From Parachlamydiales bacterium (lineage in GTDB: Bacteria; Chlamydiota; Chlamydiia; Chlamydiales; JAJFMK01): 64,000 nt of DNA. Location of the stretch: NCBI GenBank assembly GCA_963765145.1, contig CAVXVG010000028.1, positions 1 to 64,000 of the forward strand. Direction: 5' to 3'. Every line of letters starts with the position of its first letter. The stretch's first letter is position 1. The position numbers were made by a program, and so were the translations under genes. This document shows positions 38,500 through 48,314 of this stretch, piece after piece. Below the pieces are notes generated by a model, which was given only the letters and a program-made list of their open reading frames with translations, made no database searches and had not been told where the DNA came from.

Positions 38500-38604
38500 C
38501 CCTTGCCCCTGCCCTTGCCCGATCATTAATAAAGGATCTTTATAAGAACAATTCAGAATCGTCTTACCAAGAAATTTTCGGGCACGGGCAAGGGCAAGGG
38601 CAAA
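38500..38604. repeat. Inverted hexamer-array repeat (family B), copy 2
   Basis: CCCTTGCCCCTGCCCTTGCCCGA ... TCGGGCACGGGCAAGGGCAAGGGCAA. Confidence 0.8.
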
Positions 38605-38610
38605 GGAATG

Positions 38611-39645
38611 TTACTTTTTCCCTAACTCTGCGACTTGCTTTTCGAGCTTGAGGATTTTGTCGGCTAATTTGGTGGCAATGATGTAATTGCGCCGGAAAGT
38701 TTTTAGAGGAACCAAAGGATAGCCCCCATATTCGCCAGACTCAGTGACTGACTGCGCAATCACAGAACAGGCGGCAAATTTTGTATTTTCAACAATTTTC
38801 AAGTGTCCGTTGACAGCTGTTTTTGCCATGAACACTACGTTTCTTTCTGTTTCTGTGCTGCCGGCAATACCGGTTCCAGAAACAACAATATTGTCTTTTC
38901 CTAATTTGACATTATGACCGATTTGAACCAAATTATCGATTTTGGTTCCGGCTCCGATATCAGTTTTTGCAAATCTTGCTCTGTCAATCGTGGTGTTAGC
39001 ACCCACTTCAACATCATCGCCAATCGAAACTGTACCCAATTGATCAAGCTTTTGATAATGGCCTTCTGCATCTGGCAAAAACCCAAATCCACACGAGCCT
39101 ATCACCGCACCAGGTTGCAAAATAACCCTGTTGCCTATGATCACTCCTTCGCGGATGGTCACATGTGGATGGACCCAACATTTTTCTCCCATTTTCACTT
39201 CTGGGCCAATGTAGGTATGAGACCCAATAAAGGACTCTTTTCCAATAACAGCCCCTTTTTCAATCACTGCAAATGGACAAACAGTCACCCCTTCAGAAAG
39301 GTTAACACCCTCTGCAATGGATGCAAGTGGTGAAATACCTTTAAAATAACTTTGAGGAGGTAATGTTTGTTTGTAAGCTGCGAGTAGGGTTTGAAAAGCT
39401 AGAGAAGGATTCTCATGGATAATGGCATTGCCTGAAGGAGGAAGTGCTCCTCCAACAGGTAAAATAACGGCACCAGCCTTGGTTTTTTGAACATGAGGCG
39501 TATAGCGAGGATTTGCTAAAAAGGAGAGTTCCTTTTCTGAGGCCTCATCTAAGCCTGCAACACCATAGATAAGAAGATCGGGGTTGCCCACGATCTCCCC
39601 ACCTATTACTGCATGGATATCCGACAGTTTAAAAGAGCGTGTCAT
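38611..39645 (-). CDS. lpxD: UDP-3-O-acyl-glucosamine N-acyltransferase
   Basis: LSFLANPRY, hexapeptide repeats, GANTTIDR and [11 protein letters not shown]. Confidence 0.96.
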   Translation of the reverse strand: MTRSFKLSDIHAVIGGEIVGNPDLLIYGVAGLDEASEKELSFLANPRYTPHVQKTKAGAVILPVGGALPPSGNAIIHENPSLAFQTLLAAYKQTLPPQSYFKGISPLASIAEGVNLSEGVTVCPFAVIEKGAVIGKESFIGSHTYIGPEVKMGEKCWVHPHVTIREGVIIGNRVILQPGAVIGSCGFGFLPDAEGHYQKLDQLGTVSIGDDVEVGANTTIDRARFAKTDIGAGTKIDNLVQIGHNVKLGKDNIVVSGTGIAGSTETERNVVFMAKTAVNGHLKIVENTKFAACSVIAQSVTESGEYGGYPLVPLKTFRRNYIIATKLADKILKLEKQVAELGKK

Positions 39646-40191
39646 TTGCCTGCTTTAAGAGCTGATGCAGAATCTTCTTTTTGTTTTTGTTCCCATGCGG
39701 TGTCCATCAGGGCAACAATTGCTTTTGAAACGTCAAGGTTTGAGTTTGCGAAAAACGTTGTCTCTTTGTTTCCAATGAGGTCATATCCATCTTTTTTTGC
39801 TAGCGCTTGTGACGCTTCAGCAACAGATTCTGTTAAAGCTTGGACAATTTTAAAATTTGCTTGTTGCAAAGCTTGCATATATTGTTGATGCAATCCGGCG
39901 CCTTCTTGGCTTAAAGCTCTAAATTTTCTTTTTAGTTCTGTTTCGGCTTCTAAAGTTAGGCTATCGAGATAATCGGCATCATTTAAGCTTTGAGTTCATC
40001 TCGTTTAAAACTTTCTCTTTTTCACCGAGAACATTTTCCATTTGTTTACGGAAAGCATCGAACCCTTCTTGTTCTTTTTTACCGAGCTTCGACTCTTCCG
40101 CACAGGTTTTTAAATCGACAATTCCAATTTTGAGATCTTTACCTTCAAGCACTACAAAAGTAGCCAAAAGGAGAACAAAATATTTCAACAT
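39642..40191 (-). CDS. skp: OmpH/Skp periplasmic chaperone, frameshifted
   Basis: [19 protein letters not shown]-terminus and a coiled coil. Sits between bamA and lpxD. Confidence 0.88.
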
Positions 40192-40212
40192 GTTGTTTTC
40201 TTCCTTAAAAAA

Positions 40213-42591
40213 TTAAAATTTAGCTCCGAGAGAAATGAAGAATCTTTTTACGTCCCCCTTTTCTCTTGCATTCAATGGATAACCCATCCCTAAAACTAAT
40301 GGTGGTGCTCCATCAAGAATTTGTAACTTCGCACCGTAACCGACAGAACAGTTCAAATAGTCAAATGTCCATGTTCTTGCTGAAAGGGAACCTGCATCGG
40401 CAAAAAGGAATAGATCCATTCTAGAAAATAGCTGCCAATCATATTCGCCAGAGAGGTACATCAAAGACAAACCCCCTTGAGGATCAGTTGTCCCTTCAAA
40501 TTTTGGCCCAATCGCATAAGGACGGAATCCTCTAACCATGGTGTCGCCACCTAAGAAATAACGCTCATCCAATGGGATTGTTGCAAGTCCTTGGTTTCTT
40601 TTGACTGGCTCAGAACCATCTCTATCAAACGGTTGTAAGAACTTAAAATCGGCACGGAGTCTAACATACCCTTGTGATCCAAACGGATGATATAGACTGT
40701 TGAGATAGGCAAGCGATGCATAGTGACGATGCCCTCCCAATCCAACAAATTCGGCATCCAAGCGTGAATGGAAGCCACTTGTTGGCCTTAATGGATGGTT
40801 GGTAGAGTTGTAACTAAGAGATGCACCCACAGCAGAAATAAGTCCTTGTCGCCCTTTTTCCTTGTCAAATTCGATTGAATTTTTCAACTCTTGGTCAGCA
40901 TACACGTTGGAATTTCTGATACGGTAGTTTAGCCCGGCTAAAACAAAGGCATTCAATGCCCTCTTTCCATGGACGCTTACTCCGTAAGAGACAATATTGT
41001 AATCCTGAGAAAGGGCGCCATTAAATGACCTGTCTAAGTCGACACCAACTGCCCATGGGGTATCTTTAAAATAAGGCTTGGTCCAAGAAAGGACATAGCT
41101 GTCAGTCTTTTGACCGATAGTAGCAGTGAAGTGTGCATACTCCCCATCTCCTTTAAGCCCTCTCCAACCATATTTTTTGATCGAACCGGGCGCAAGACCT
41201 GCAATGCGGAAGTTTTTCTCGGTGATATTAAAACCGCCGAATATGTCGCTTCCTGTACTCAAGCCAAGGAAGGCTCCTAGATTACCTGTTGGCCCCTCTT
41301 CAACTTCGATGTGGATATCTCGGTAGTTTTCGCCAAGGCAAGAATCTTCAGAAACTTTAACACCATAGACATTGACCCTTTTAAAATAGCCAATGTTACG
41401 GAGACGCTCTTCAGTATACCGCAGTTTCATCGTGTTAAAAACTTCACCTGGCCGTAGAAGCGTTTCATGCAAAATGACGCGAGTAAGGGTGTAATTGTTC
41501 CCAAACACTTTGATCAAACCAACGTGGTAAGGCTCACCTTCTTCGATGGTAAAATGGATATCATAAATTGGCTCGTCTGCATGTAGGTTCATGTCGTCGT
41601 CGACAACAGCCAGGATATGCCCCCTGATTCCATAAGCATCTTGCAAATCTTTAATCGCGTCACGGATGGCATCCGGTGCAAAAATAGCCCCTTCTTCGGG
41701 ATAGATCAGTTTTTCAATGATTTCGTCAGAAAAGATGCAGTTTCCTTCATAGGTCACTTTTCCAAAACGGAACCTCTCTCCTTTATCGGCTGTAATGCAA
41801 ATCGTCAGCCAATGAGGTTTTCGGTCTTCTGACACATCAATAGTAACACGAGCATCGGCATACCCGCGGTTTTGCAGGTAGTTGATGATTTGGAACTGAT
41901 CGTATTGGATCATGTCTTCGTTATAAAAACCGCCATTCCCAAACACGCCGGTAAAAATATTCCAACGTTTTGTGACCATCAATTCCATGATCTCTTGCTC
42001 TTCACAGTCTTCAAAACCACAAAAATTGATGTTCTTGATACGACCAGATCTTCCTTCTTTGACATAAACTTCGATGTCAACTTCGGCAGCACATGGATCT
42101 CTGATGATGTTATAGGTAACATCGGCTTCAAAATAACCCATTTTGATGTAGTAAGGCTTTAACTTCCTGAAAGCTTTGACAAAGGCGTTCCGATCAAAAG
42201 TTGTCGCTTCGCAAATGTCAAGTTCACCTAACAAATCGGAATCGCTTGCACATGTATTTCCAAAAAATCGGATCGAACGGACAATCGGCTTTTCCCATAC
42301 TTTAAGTGTCAGTGCAAGGCCTCCATCAACTACTTCAACAGAGGGTTCTACCCAATCAAGCTCAAGAGCTAATGTCTTCAGATCTTCGTCAAAAATAGTT
42401 TGAGAAAAAGGGAAACCGGCTCTTGTTCTTAACCGTGCACGGATAGCCTGTTCAAAAGAAGGAGAAGCAACAGTGGCATCTCCCGGTTGAATGACGATCG
42501 ATTTAACCGTTTGATTTTCGTAATAGACTACATCGGCAAAAGCACATGAGACTAACAATAGAGATAGGAGAGCTGCAAAATAACGGGCCAT
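40213..42591 (-). CDS. bamA: Outer-membrane protein assembly factor BamA
   Basis: POTRA repeats, VRGF motif and C-terminal FISLGAKF. Confidence 0.96.
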   Translation of the reverse strand: MARYFAALLSLLLVSCAFADVVYYENQTVKSIVIQPGDATVASPSFEQAIRARLRTRAGFPFSQTIFDEDLKTLALELDWVEPSVEVVDGGLALTLKVWEKPIVRSIRFFGNTCASDSDLLGELDICEATTFDRNAFVKAFRKLKPYYIKMGYFEADVTYNIIRDPCAAEVDIEVYVKEGRSGRIKNINFCGFEDCEEQEIMELMVTKRWNIFTGVFGNGGFYNEDMIQYDQFQIINYLQNRGYADARVTIDVSEDRKPHWLTICITADKGERFRFGKVTYEGNCIFSDEIIEKLIYPEEGAIFAPDAIRDAIKDLQDAYGIRGHILAVVDDDMNLHADEPIYDIHFTIEEGEPYHVGLIKVFGNNYTLTRVILHETLLRPGEVFNTMKLRYTEERLRNIGYFKRVNVYGVKVSEDSCLGENYRDIHIEVEEGPTGNLGAFLGLSTGSDIFGGFNITEKNFRIAGLAPGSIKKYGWRGLKGDGEYAHFTATIGQKTDSYVLSWTKPYFKDTPWAVGVDLDRSFNGALSQDYNIVSYGVSVHGKRALNAFVLAGLNYRIRNSNVYADQELKNSIEFDKEKGRQGLISAVGASLSYNSTNHPLRPTSGFHSRLDAEFVGLGGHRHYASLAYLNSLYHPFGSQGYVRLRADFKFLQPFDRDGSEPVKRNQGLATIPLDERYFLGGDTMVRGFRPYAIGPKFEGTTDPQGGLSLMYLSGEYDWQLFSRMDLFLFADAGSLSARTWTFDYLNCSVGYGAKLQILDGAPPLVLGMGYPLNAREKGDVKRFFISLGAKF

Positions 42592-42717
42592 TTATGATCG
42601 CTTACAGAGATAAAACGTCATGATCATAAGCCCCCCCCTTCAATTTTGCAACCTGGGTATAAATAATTGGAAAAAACCTGCCTTTGTCGGTGGTCGAAAA
42701 CTCAAATAGAATTTTCC

Positions 42718-42772
42718 TTCGCGCTAGCGTTTGGAGTGCTAAACAGGAGTTTAGCACTCCAAACGCTTCGCG
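42718..42772. repeat. REP-like repeat (family A), copy 3, internally deleted
   Basis: GCGTTTGGAGTGCTAAAC-AGGA-GTTTAGCACTCCAAACGC. Confidence 0.88.
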
Positions 42773-42775
42773 TAA

Positions 42776-43903
42776 TTATTTGCCGATAACCGTTAACTGA
42801 CTCGGAATGTTTGTCCCTTCAACCTGAATCCTTGGCAAAGAAACAAATTCATTTTCCCTATACCTGCGCAAAACTTGGTACATCGTGCTTCTTTGAACTG
42901 GTTCAAAACCAGCTTCTCGTATCATTGAAAGAACATCATTGTGGCTTGCTTTATGGATAAAACCTGTTGCTTTATGGACATTTTCTTCAAAAATAATTCC
43001 ACCAAAGTCATCGGCTCCAGAATGCAACGCTTCCATCCCGATCTCCTTCCCTTCACTAAACCAAGAGGCTTGGATATGAGGAATGTTATCTAAATAGAGG
43101 CGCGAAAAAGAAATGATGCGGAGGTAGGCATCATCGCCCACCCAGTGGCCGACTTTACGTCGAAGAGCTGTACGATCTCTCTTGTAGCTCCACGGAATAA
43201 AGGCAGTAAAACCTTTGTATTGATCTTGCAAACTCCTTAGAGCTTCCAAATGTAAAAGAATATCTTCTGGCTCTTCAACATGCCCGTACATCATAGTGGC
43301 AGTTGTTTTATAACCTAAACGGTGAGCTGTTTTATGAAGTTCTATCCAAGCCCCTGGCTCCATTTTTTTAGGAGAAATCGAAGAGCGGACTTTTTCAGAT
43401 AGTATTTCAGCCCCGCCGCCAGGAATCGATCGAAGTCCTGCTTTCCAAAGACGAGTCAATGTTTCTTCAACGGTGATGTCGGAAACTCTTGCGACATTCC
43501 ACAATTCTGGCGCAGAAAAAAGATGGGGATAAATATCAGGATAGCGTTGCCTGATTGCTTTAACAAGCTCTTCATAATATTCGATTTTGAGCTCGTCATT
43601 TAGCCCACCCTGCAGCAAAACAGTTGTAAGACCCGCCTCTCTGGCTATCTCAAAATGTTTTAGAACCTCTTCTACCGTTTTGGTATAGGCATCTTTTGCA
43701 GAAGGTTTACGATAAAAAGCGCAAAAAGAACAGTCTGCATTGCAAACATTGGTGTAGTTTGGATTGGAATCCAAAACAAACGTCACCTCTTTTTTTGGAT
43801 TGATCTGAAAACGTAGCTGGTCTGCCCTTTTTTTTAGCTCTTCAGTTGAGCCATTTACAAAGAGATCAAGACCCTCGTAATAAGAAATTCGACGATGTTC
43901 CAT
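42776..43903 (-). CDS. mqnC: Radical SAM protein of the CofH/MqnC family (futalosine menaquinone pathway)
   Basis: NYTNVCNADCSFCAF, PGGGAEIL, TATMMYGH and GADDFGG. Confidence 0.85.
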   Translation of the reverse strand: MEHRRISYYEGLDLFVNGSTEELKKRADQLRFQINPKKEVTFVLDSNPNYTNVCNADCSFCAFYRKPSAKDAYTKTVEEVLKHFEIAREAGLTTVLLQGGLNDELKIEYYEELVKAIRQRYPDIYPHLFSAPELWNVARVSDITVEETLTRLWKAGLRSIPGGGAEILSEKVRSSISPKKMEPGAWIELHKTAHRLGYKTTATMMYGHVEEPEDILLHLEALRSLQDQYKGFTAFIPWSYKRDRTALRRKVGHWVGDDAYLRIISFSRLYLDNIPHIQASWFSEGKEIGMEALHSGADDFGGIIFEENVHKATGFIHKASHNDVLSMIREAGFEPVQRSTMYQVLRRYRENEFVSLPRIQVEGTNIPSQLTVIGK

Positions 43904-44087
43904 ATAATCTCGCCTTTATATAATTTTTGAATTCATCCTTGGATGAGCAGCTTTCTCAAGGCTTTTTCACAAATTGTACAAAGCCGAGATGAATGTGGTA
44001 ATATGAGTCTTTGACGGAAATAGATCAAGAAGGGTAGCATCATTTCCTCTGTTTTGACGTCAAGATCCACCAAGGCCAAACCTGCCT

Positions 44088-45776
44088 ATGCAAACACTTA
44101 TGGAAATATCCTCTACAACTATCAATCCTCAACCTGAGGAACCTGTCCCAGCTGTTTCTACTTCTGAAGCACAAACTGCACCGCCAGTGACAGAATCTAA
44201 AAAACCCTCTGAAAAGTCGAAGGAAAAAAAATCTCGACCTCCAGAAGAACCACCAGTTGTACCTGCCGACTTGCTTGCAAGGCTTGAGTCTTTGTCTCTG
44301 CCTGAAAAGGCTAAACTTCTTTTAGACGAGATCGAAAAATCTCTAGCGGTACGTCCCCCCAATTACAAATTGTTCTGGGATTTAAGAAGATACCTTCTAG
44401 CTTTCACAAAAGATCCTTACTTTACTGAGAACAAAACGTTTTGGGATCGTTTACATGGCCTAACTTCTGAAGCACGTCGTTTAAAAGAAGTGCTCGCAGA
44501 AGAATCTGCCTATGCACAAGAGCAAATCGATTTGGCTATCCAAGCTGTCGAAAAAGAGCTGGTTGAGCAAGAAATACCGGCGGAACCTTTTGATCCTCGT
44601 CCTTTCGAAGATTTAGCACAGTTCAAAGACAACCTACACTTTTATCTTGAAAGCCAAGGCGAGCTCATCCTATTGAACGCCTATGCCAGCCGAGTCAATG
44701 CTTTGAGAAAAGAACTCACAAAGCTCCCTCTCAGAATGAAAACCAAAAATGCGCTTTTCGATCGCCTATCTGCGCTTGGAGATCAAATTTTTCCAAGAAG
44801 AAAAGAACTCATCCAAGAGGTCAGCGATAAATTTGTTGCAGATATTCAGCAGTTTGTCCAAAGCATCCAACTGACAAAATTGGCTCCAAGAGAACTTTCC
44901 CTTGTTAAGGGTGCCATCAAATCGCTTCAATCTTTAGCAAAAAGTTTGACACTCAATACTGTCGCCTTCAATCAGACCAGAGAAACGCTTAGCCGTCTTT
45001 GGGACAACATGAAGGGAGCCGAAAAAGAAAAGTTTGCTGAAAGAGACGCTGAGAGAGAAGAGTCGAAAAAAGGCTTGGATGACTTGCTTGAACAAGGCAA
45101 AAAGATCATGGAAGAGTGGTCGACAGGTGCAAAATCGCTCAATGAAACTGAAAAATCATTGGAAGATTTACTATCTACCGGCAGAAGAACTCGTCTTGAT
45201 CGGTTCCATGTTAAAGATTGGAAAGACAGCTATACAGTTTTAAGGGCGCCACTCGATCTAGAATTAGACAAAATGGCAGCTGAAAGAAGATCTTTAGATC
45301 AAAAAAGAGAAACTGAAAAGCAAGATCGGATCATCGCCTTCAAACTCGAGATTAAAACTTTACGTGAAAACGCCAAAGCGGCTGATCTTGAACAGGTGGA
45401 AAATGACCTTGCTGCTTTAACTCAGAAGATTGCGACTTTAGGCTTAAGCAAATCTGACAAGCAAGAAACTGAAAAAGAATTGAGACAAATTCGAGAAATT
45501 ATTCGGATCAAAAAAGAAGAAACTCTTCTGTCTCTCTCTTCAGACGACAAATTAAAACTTGACAATCTTAAAGAGGTTCTTGAAAATCGGCTTCAGAGGA
45601 AGAAAGAGATTCGAGACCGCCTTGAAGAGCTTAGAAAAGCAAAAGGGGCAACAGGCTTTGACTTTGAGCAAGCACTTCTATTGGAAACACAAATCCAAGA
45701 GGAGCGTCAAGCTTTAGAGCAGATCAATAACTCTATCGGAATTATAGAGGAAGAAATCGAGTCTCTCTGTAAATAG
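44088..45776 (+). CDS. Conserved coiled-coil hypothetical protein
   Basis: 562-aa helical ORF divergent from mqnC, an arrangement recalled from chlamydial genomes. Confidence 0.85.
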   Translation: MQTLMEISSTTINPQPEEPVPAVSTSEAQTAPPVTESKKPSEKSKEKKSRPPEEPPVVPADLLARLESLSLPEKAKLLLDEIEKSLAVRPPNYKLFWDLRRYLLAFTKDPYFTENKTFWDRLHGLTSEARRLKEVLAEESAYAQEQIDLAIQAVEKELVEQEIPAEPFDPRPFEDLAQFKDNLHFYLESQGELILLNAYASRVNALRKELTKLPLRMKTKNALFDRLSALGDQIFPRRKELIQEVSDKFVADIQQFVQSIQLTKLAPRELSLVKGAIKSLQSLAKSLTLNTVAFNQTRETLSRLWDNMKGAEKEKFAERDAEREESKKGLDDLLEQGKKIMEEWSTGAKSLNETEKSLEDLLSTGRRTRLDRFHVKDWKDSYTVLRAPLDLELDKMAAERRSLDQKRETEKQDRIIAFKLEIKTLRENAKAADLEQVENDLAALTQKIATLGLSKSDKQETEKELRQIREIIRIKKEETLLSLSSDDKLKLDNLKEVLENRLQRKKEIRDRLEELRKAKGATGFDFEQALLLETQIQEERQALEQINNSIGIIEEEIESLCK

Positions 45777-45778
45777 AC

Positions 45779-46426
45779 ATGAAAGATCAAACAGAAAGTG
45801 GTATTCGGTTGGGTGTTTTCGATTTAGATGGCACCCTTTTCTCAAAATCGCTCCCTTTTCTTTTTGCAAAATGGCTTTTTTTCACAGGCCACCTTCCATT
45901 CAGAGGCCTTGTCAAATTTTTATGGATTTTCTTTAGATACCGTTTCTTTTTTAATAGAAAAGAAACGTTTCAAAAAAAGATATCCACGCTTTTGGAATCC
46001 TATTTTAGAGAAAAAAGGTTGATTGCCTTATCTCATCAATTCGTCTCAAAAACTTTGCCTTTTTTGCTTAACCAAAAGGTATTTAGATACCTCAAAGTAC
46101 TTCAAAGAGCAAAAGTAAAGACATTACTTCTTTCAAGCTCACCCGACTTTTTGGTTCGGATTGTGGCTAAAAAGCTGAAAATATCGATGTGGAAAGGTGT
46201 TTCATATAAGAAAGGCTCTTTGATTTTACTTGATGGATTCCGTAAAAAAGAATTTGTGCACAAGTATCTGAAATCAACCGGTATTGAACCGGATGAGGTC
46301 CTTGCCATGGCCGACAGCTTGCTCGACCTGCCGCTTCTCTCATCAGTAGGTCTCCCTATCGTCGTTAACCCAGAAAAGCCGCTCCTGAAAATCTCCCAAG
46401 AGCGCAACTGGCAAGTCCTCACTTAG
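45779..46426 (+). CDS. HAD-IB family hydrolase
   Basis: FDLDGTL, LLSSS, ADSLLDLPLL and VNP motifs. Confidence 0.9.
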   Translation: MKDQTESGIRLGVFDLDGTLFSKSLPFLFAKWLFFTGHLPFRGLVKFLWIFFRYRFFFNRKETFQKKISTLLESYFREKRLIALSHQFVSKTLPFLLNQKVFRYLKVLQRAKVKTLLLSSSPDFLVRIVAKKLKISMWKGVSYKKGSLILLDGFRKKEFVHKYLKSTGIEPDEVLAMADSLLDLPLLSSVGLPIVVNPEKPLLKISQERNWQVLT

Positions 46427-46465
46427 AAAATGGCGCTTTCCATACAAAATGTAGCTTAGACTTTA

Positions 46466-46752
46466 GAGCCACTTGCAAAAATCGGATTAAGCTCAAAAGA
46501 AGGCCTGGAAGGCCGAAATATGAAAGCCCAGCGCCGAAGGCCTGGGTAAGAGTTGTAAATAGAAATTGGAGTCCTGAAGGGACGACATATCCTATTCTAC
46601 AAATAGTCTAAAAGGCAGTTATGCCGTCCTTTCAGGACTCCAATTATATTTCGCATTTATAACCCAGGCCTTCGGCGCTGGGCTTTCATATTTCGGTCCT
46701 TCGGACCTATTTTCTAGAAAAAAACCAACAATTCGAGTTTTGCAAGTGCCTC
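46466..46752. mobile_element. MITE carrying a long internal palindrome
   Basis: TIR GAGCCACTTGCAAAA / TTTTGCAAGTGCCTC with flanking TTTA duplication. Internal arms GAAATATGAAAGCCCAGCGCCGAAGGCCTGGGT / ACCCAGGCCTTCGGCGCTGGGCTTTCATATTTC. Confidence 0.8.
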
Positions 46753-46753
46753 T

Positions 46754-47283
46754 TTAGTCTGAGCTTGTTTTTGCGGGTTTTAACCCGCAATAAAAACTAC
46801 TAAATGGACAATCTTCAGCTTCCTTAACTAGTCTAGCTCTAACTGGATTCTCCATTATGTAGTCCCATTTTTCTCTTAAATCTTGAGCATTACGAATCAG
46901 GTGGTCAAAATTTTCCGTCTGCCAAAACTTTCCTTTTCGTTCTAATCTCTTGTTTAACTCGTAAGCAGCACCACCCTTAATGGTCTTCATGATTTCTGCA
47001 AGGGGGCATCCTTGAATAGGCTTTAGAATCAAATGCAAATGATCTGGCATTACAACATAGGCATGAAGCAAGTACTTTTTCCCGGCATCACGGTTTAAAA
47101 AATGGATCATAAGATTTGCTAATTCTGGATCTTTAAAGGGGGGTCAACTTCTGAAGACACCCGAAATGTGATAAAATAAGTAGAACCCTTTAGTTCCCAA
47201 TGAGGAAGGTTGCGTCTATAGGTTTTTGTCGAAAACCAATCATGGCCATCGAATTCTCGGATTTTTGGAAGCGCATTATTCAT
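46754..47283 (-). mobile_element. REP-associated tyrosine transposase (RAYT, IS200/Y1 superfamily), frameshifted near 47140
   Basis: RRNLPHW...YFITFR in the upstream frame, then VVMPDHLHL (HUH), FWQTENFDHLIR and YIMENPVRA. Flanked by ~53-bp inverted repeats. Confidence 0.9.
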
Positions 47284-47300
47284 AGGCTGAAAACCATTTG

Positions 47301-47353
47301 TTGCGGGTTAAAACCCGCAAAAACAAGCTCAGACTAAAGTCTAAGCTACATTT
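47301..47353. repeat. Right RAYT-flanking REP end
   Basis: TTGCGGGTTAAAACCCGCAAAAACAAGCTCAGACTAAAGTCTAAGCTACATTT. Its inverse is split across 46447-46465 and 46753-46790. Confidence 0.85.
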
Positions 47354-47397
47354 GTTGCAATAATGGAGTTTGTTATATAATGTATTTTTTTTAGCAT

Positions 47398-48300
47398 ATG
47401 AAGATACGAGAGATTGTTAGAAAGTTTTTGGAGAGGGAGTGTGCGGGAGGCGAGCTGCTGCTGGCCCTTTCGGGTGGGCCTGATTCCCTGTCGCTTTTCT
47501 ATGCTTTGCTGCAGCTTCGGGTGAAATTTTCTGTGGCCCATGTGAACCATGGTCTAAGAGAGAAAAGCAGTGTGGAGGAAGCCAAGCTCCGCCAGATTGT
47601 AGAAGAGGCATCCATCCCCTTTTTCGTGAAAAGATTATCCCTTGAGTCAGGTGGAAATTTGGAAGAAAGGGCCAGAATTGAGCGATACGCTTTTTTTGAA
47701 GAGCTCATCTCTTCAAAGCATTATGAAGCCGTTGTGTTGGGTCACCATGCAGACGATCAGGGTGAAACATTGATCAAACGGTTGTTTGAAGGGGCCTCTT
47801 TACGCAAATGGCATGGCATGCAACCGGTTTCAAAACGGGGCTCCCTTACTCTTTTCCGACCACTTTTAACCGTCCGAAAAAAAGAAATTGTATCTTGGTT
47901 AGAAAAACTTGGCGTTGTCTCATTTGAAGATTGGACAAATTTGTCTGATCAAAACCTCCGAGGAAGGCTGAGAACAAATCTATTTCCTCATCTCAATGAA
48001 CAGTTTGGGAAAGATATCGTTTCTCCCCTTATACATCACCAAAAGGAGGTCGCAGAGTGTGTCGATCTTCTCGATGAATTGACAAAGCATGTCCCTCTTG
48101 AAACAGAGGAGCTAAACATTCCTCCTCTTCACCCAGCATTGCAAAAACATCTGGTTAGAAAATGGTTAGAACATAAAGAAACTGCAATGGCTGCCACGAC
48201 ACTCGACGATCTAATTTTTTCTATCCCTTTAAGCGGCAAACGCTCCTTCCCCACTCAAAAAAAACCTATCAACCTAGTGGACTGTAAAATATATTTTTAG
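47398..48300 (+). CDS. tilS: tRNA(Ile)-lysidine synthase
   Basis: ALSGGPDS, HVNHGLR, GHHADDQGET and RPLL. Confidence 0.95.
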   Translation: MKIREIVRKFLERECAGGELLLALSGGPDSLSLFYALLQLRVKFSVAHVNHGLREKSSVEEAKLRQIVEEASIPFFVKRLSLESGGNLEERARIERYAFFEELISSKHYEAVVLGHHADDQGETLIKRLFEGASLRKWHGMQPVSKRGSLTLFRPLLTVRKKEIVSWLEKLGVVSFEDWTNLSDQNLRGRLRTNLFPHLNEQFGKDIVSPLIHHQKEVAECVDLLDELTKHVPLETEELNIPPLHPALQKHLVRKWLEHKETAMAATTLDDLIFSIPLSGKRSFPTQKKPINLVDCKIYF

Positions 48301-48314
48301 TTTAGGATGCGCCT

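Noticed and set aside
44011..44040. Possible sigma70-type promoter TTGACG-N18-TAGCAT
   Set aside because: Plausible but indistinguishable from chance without transcript data.
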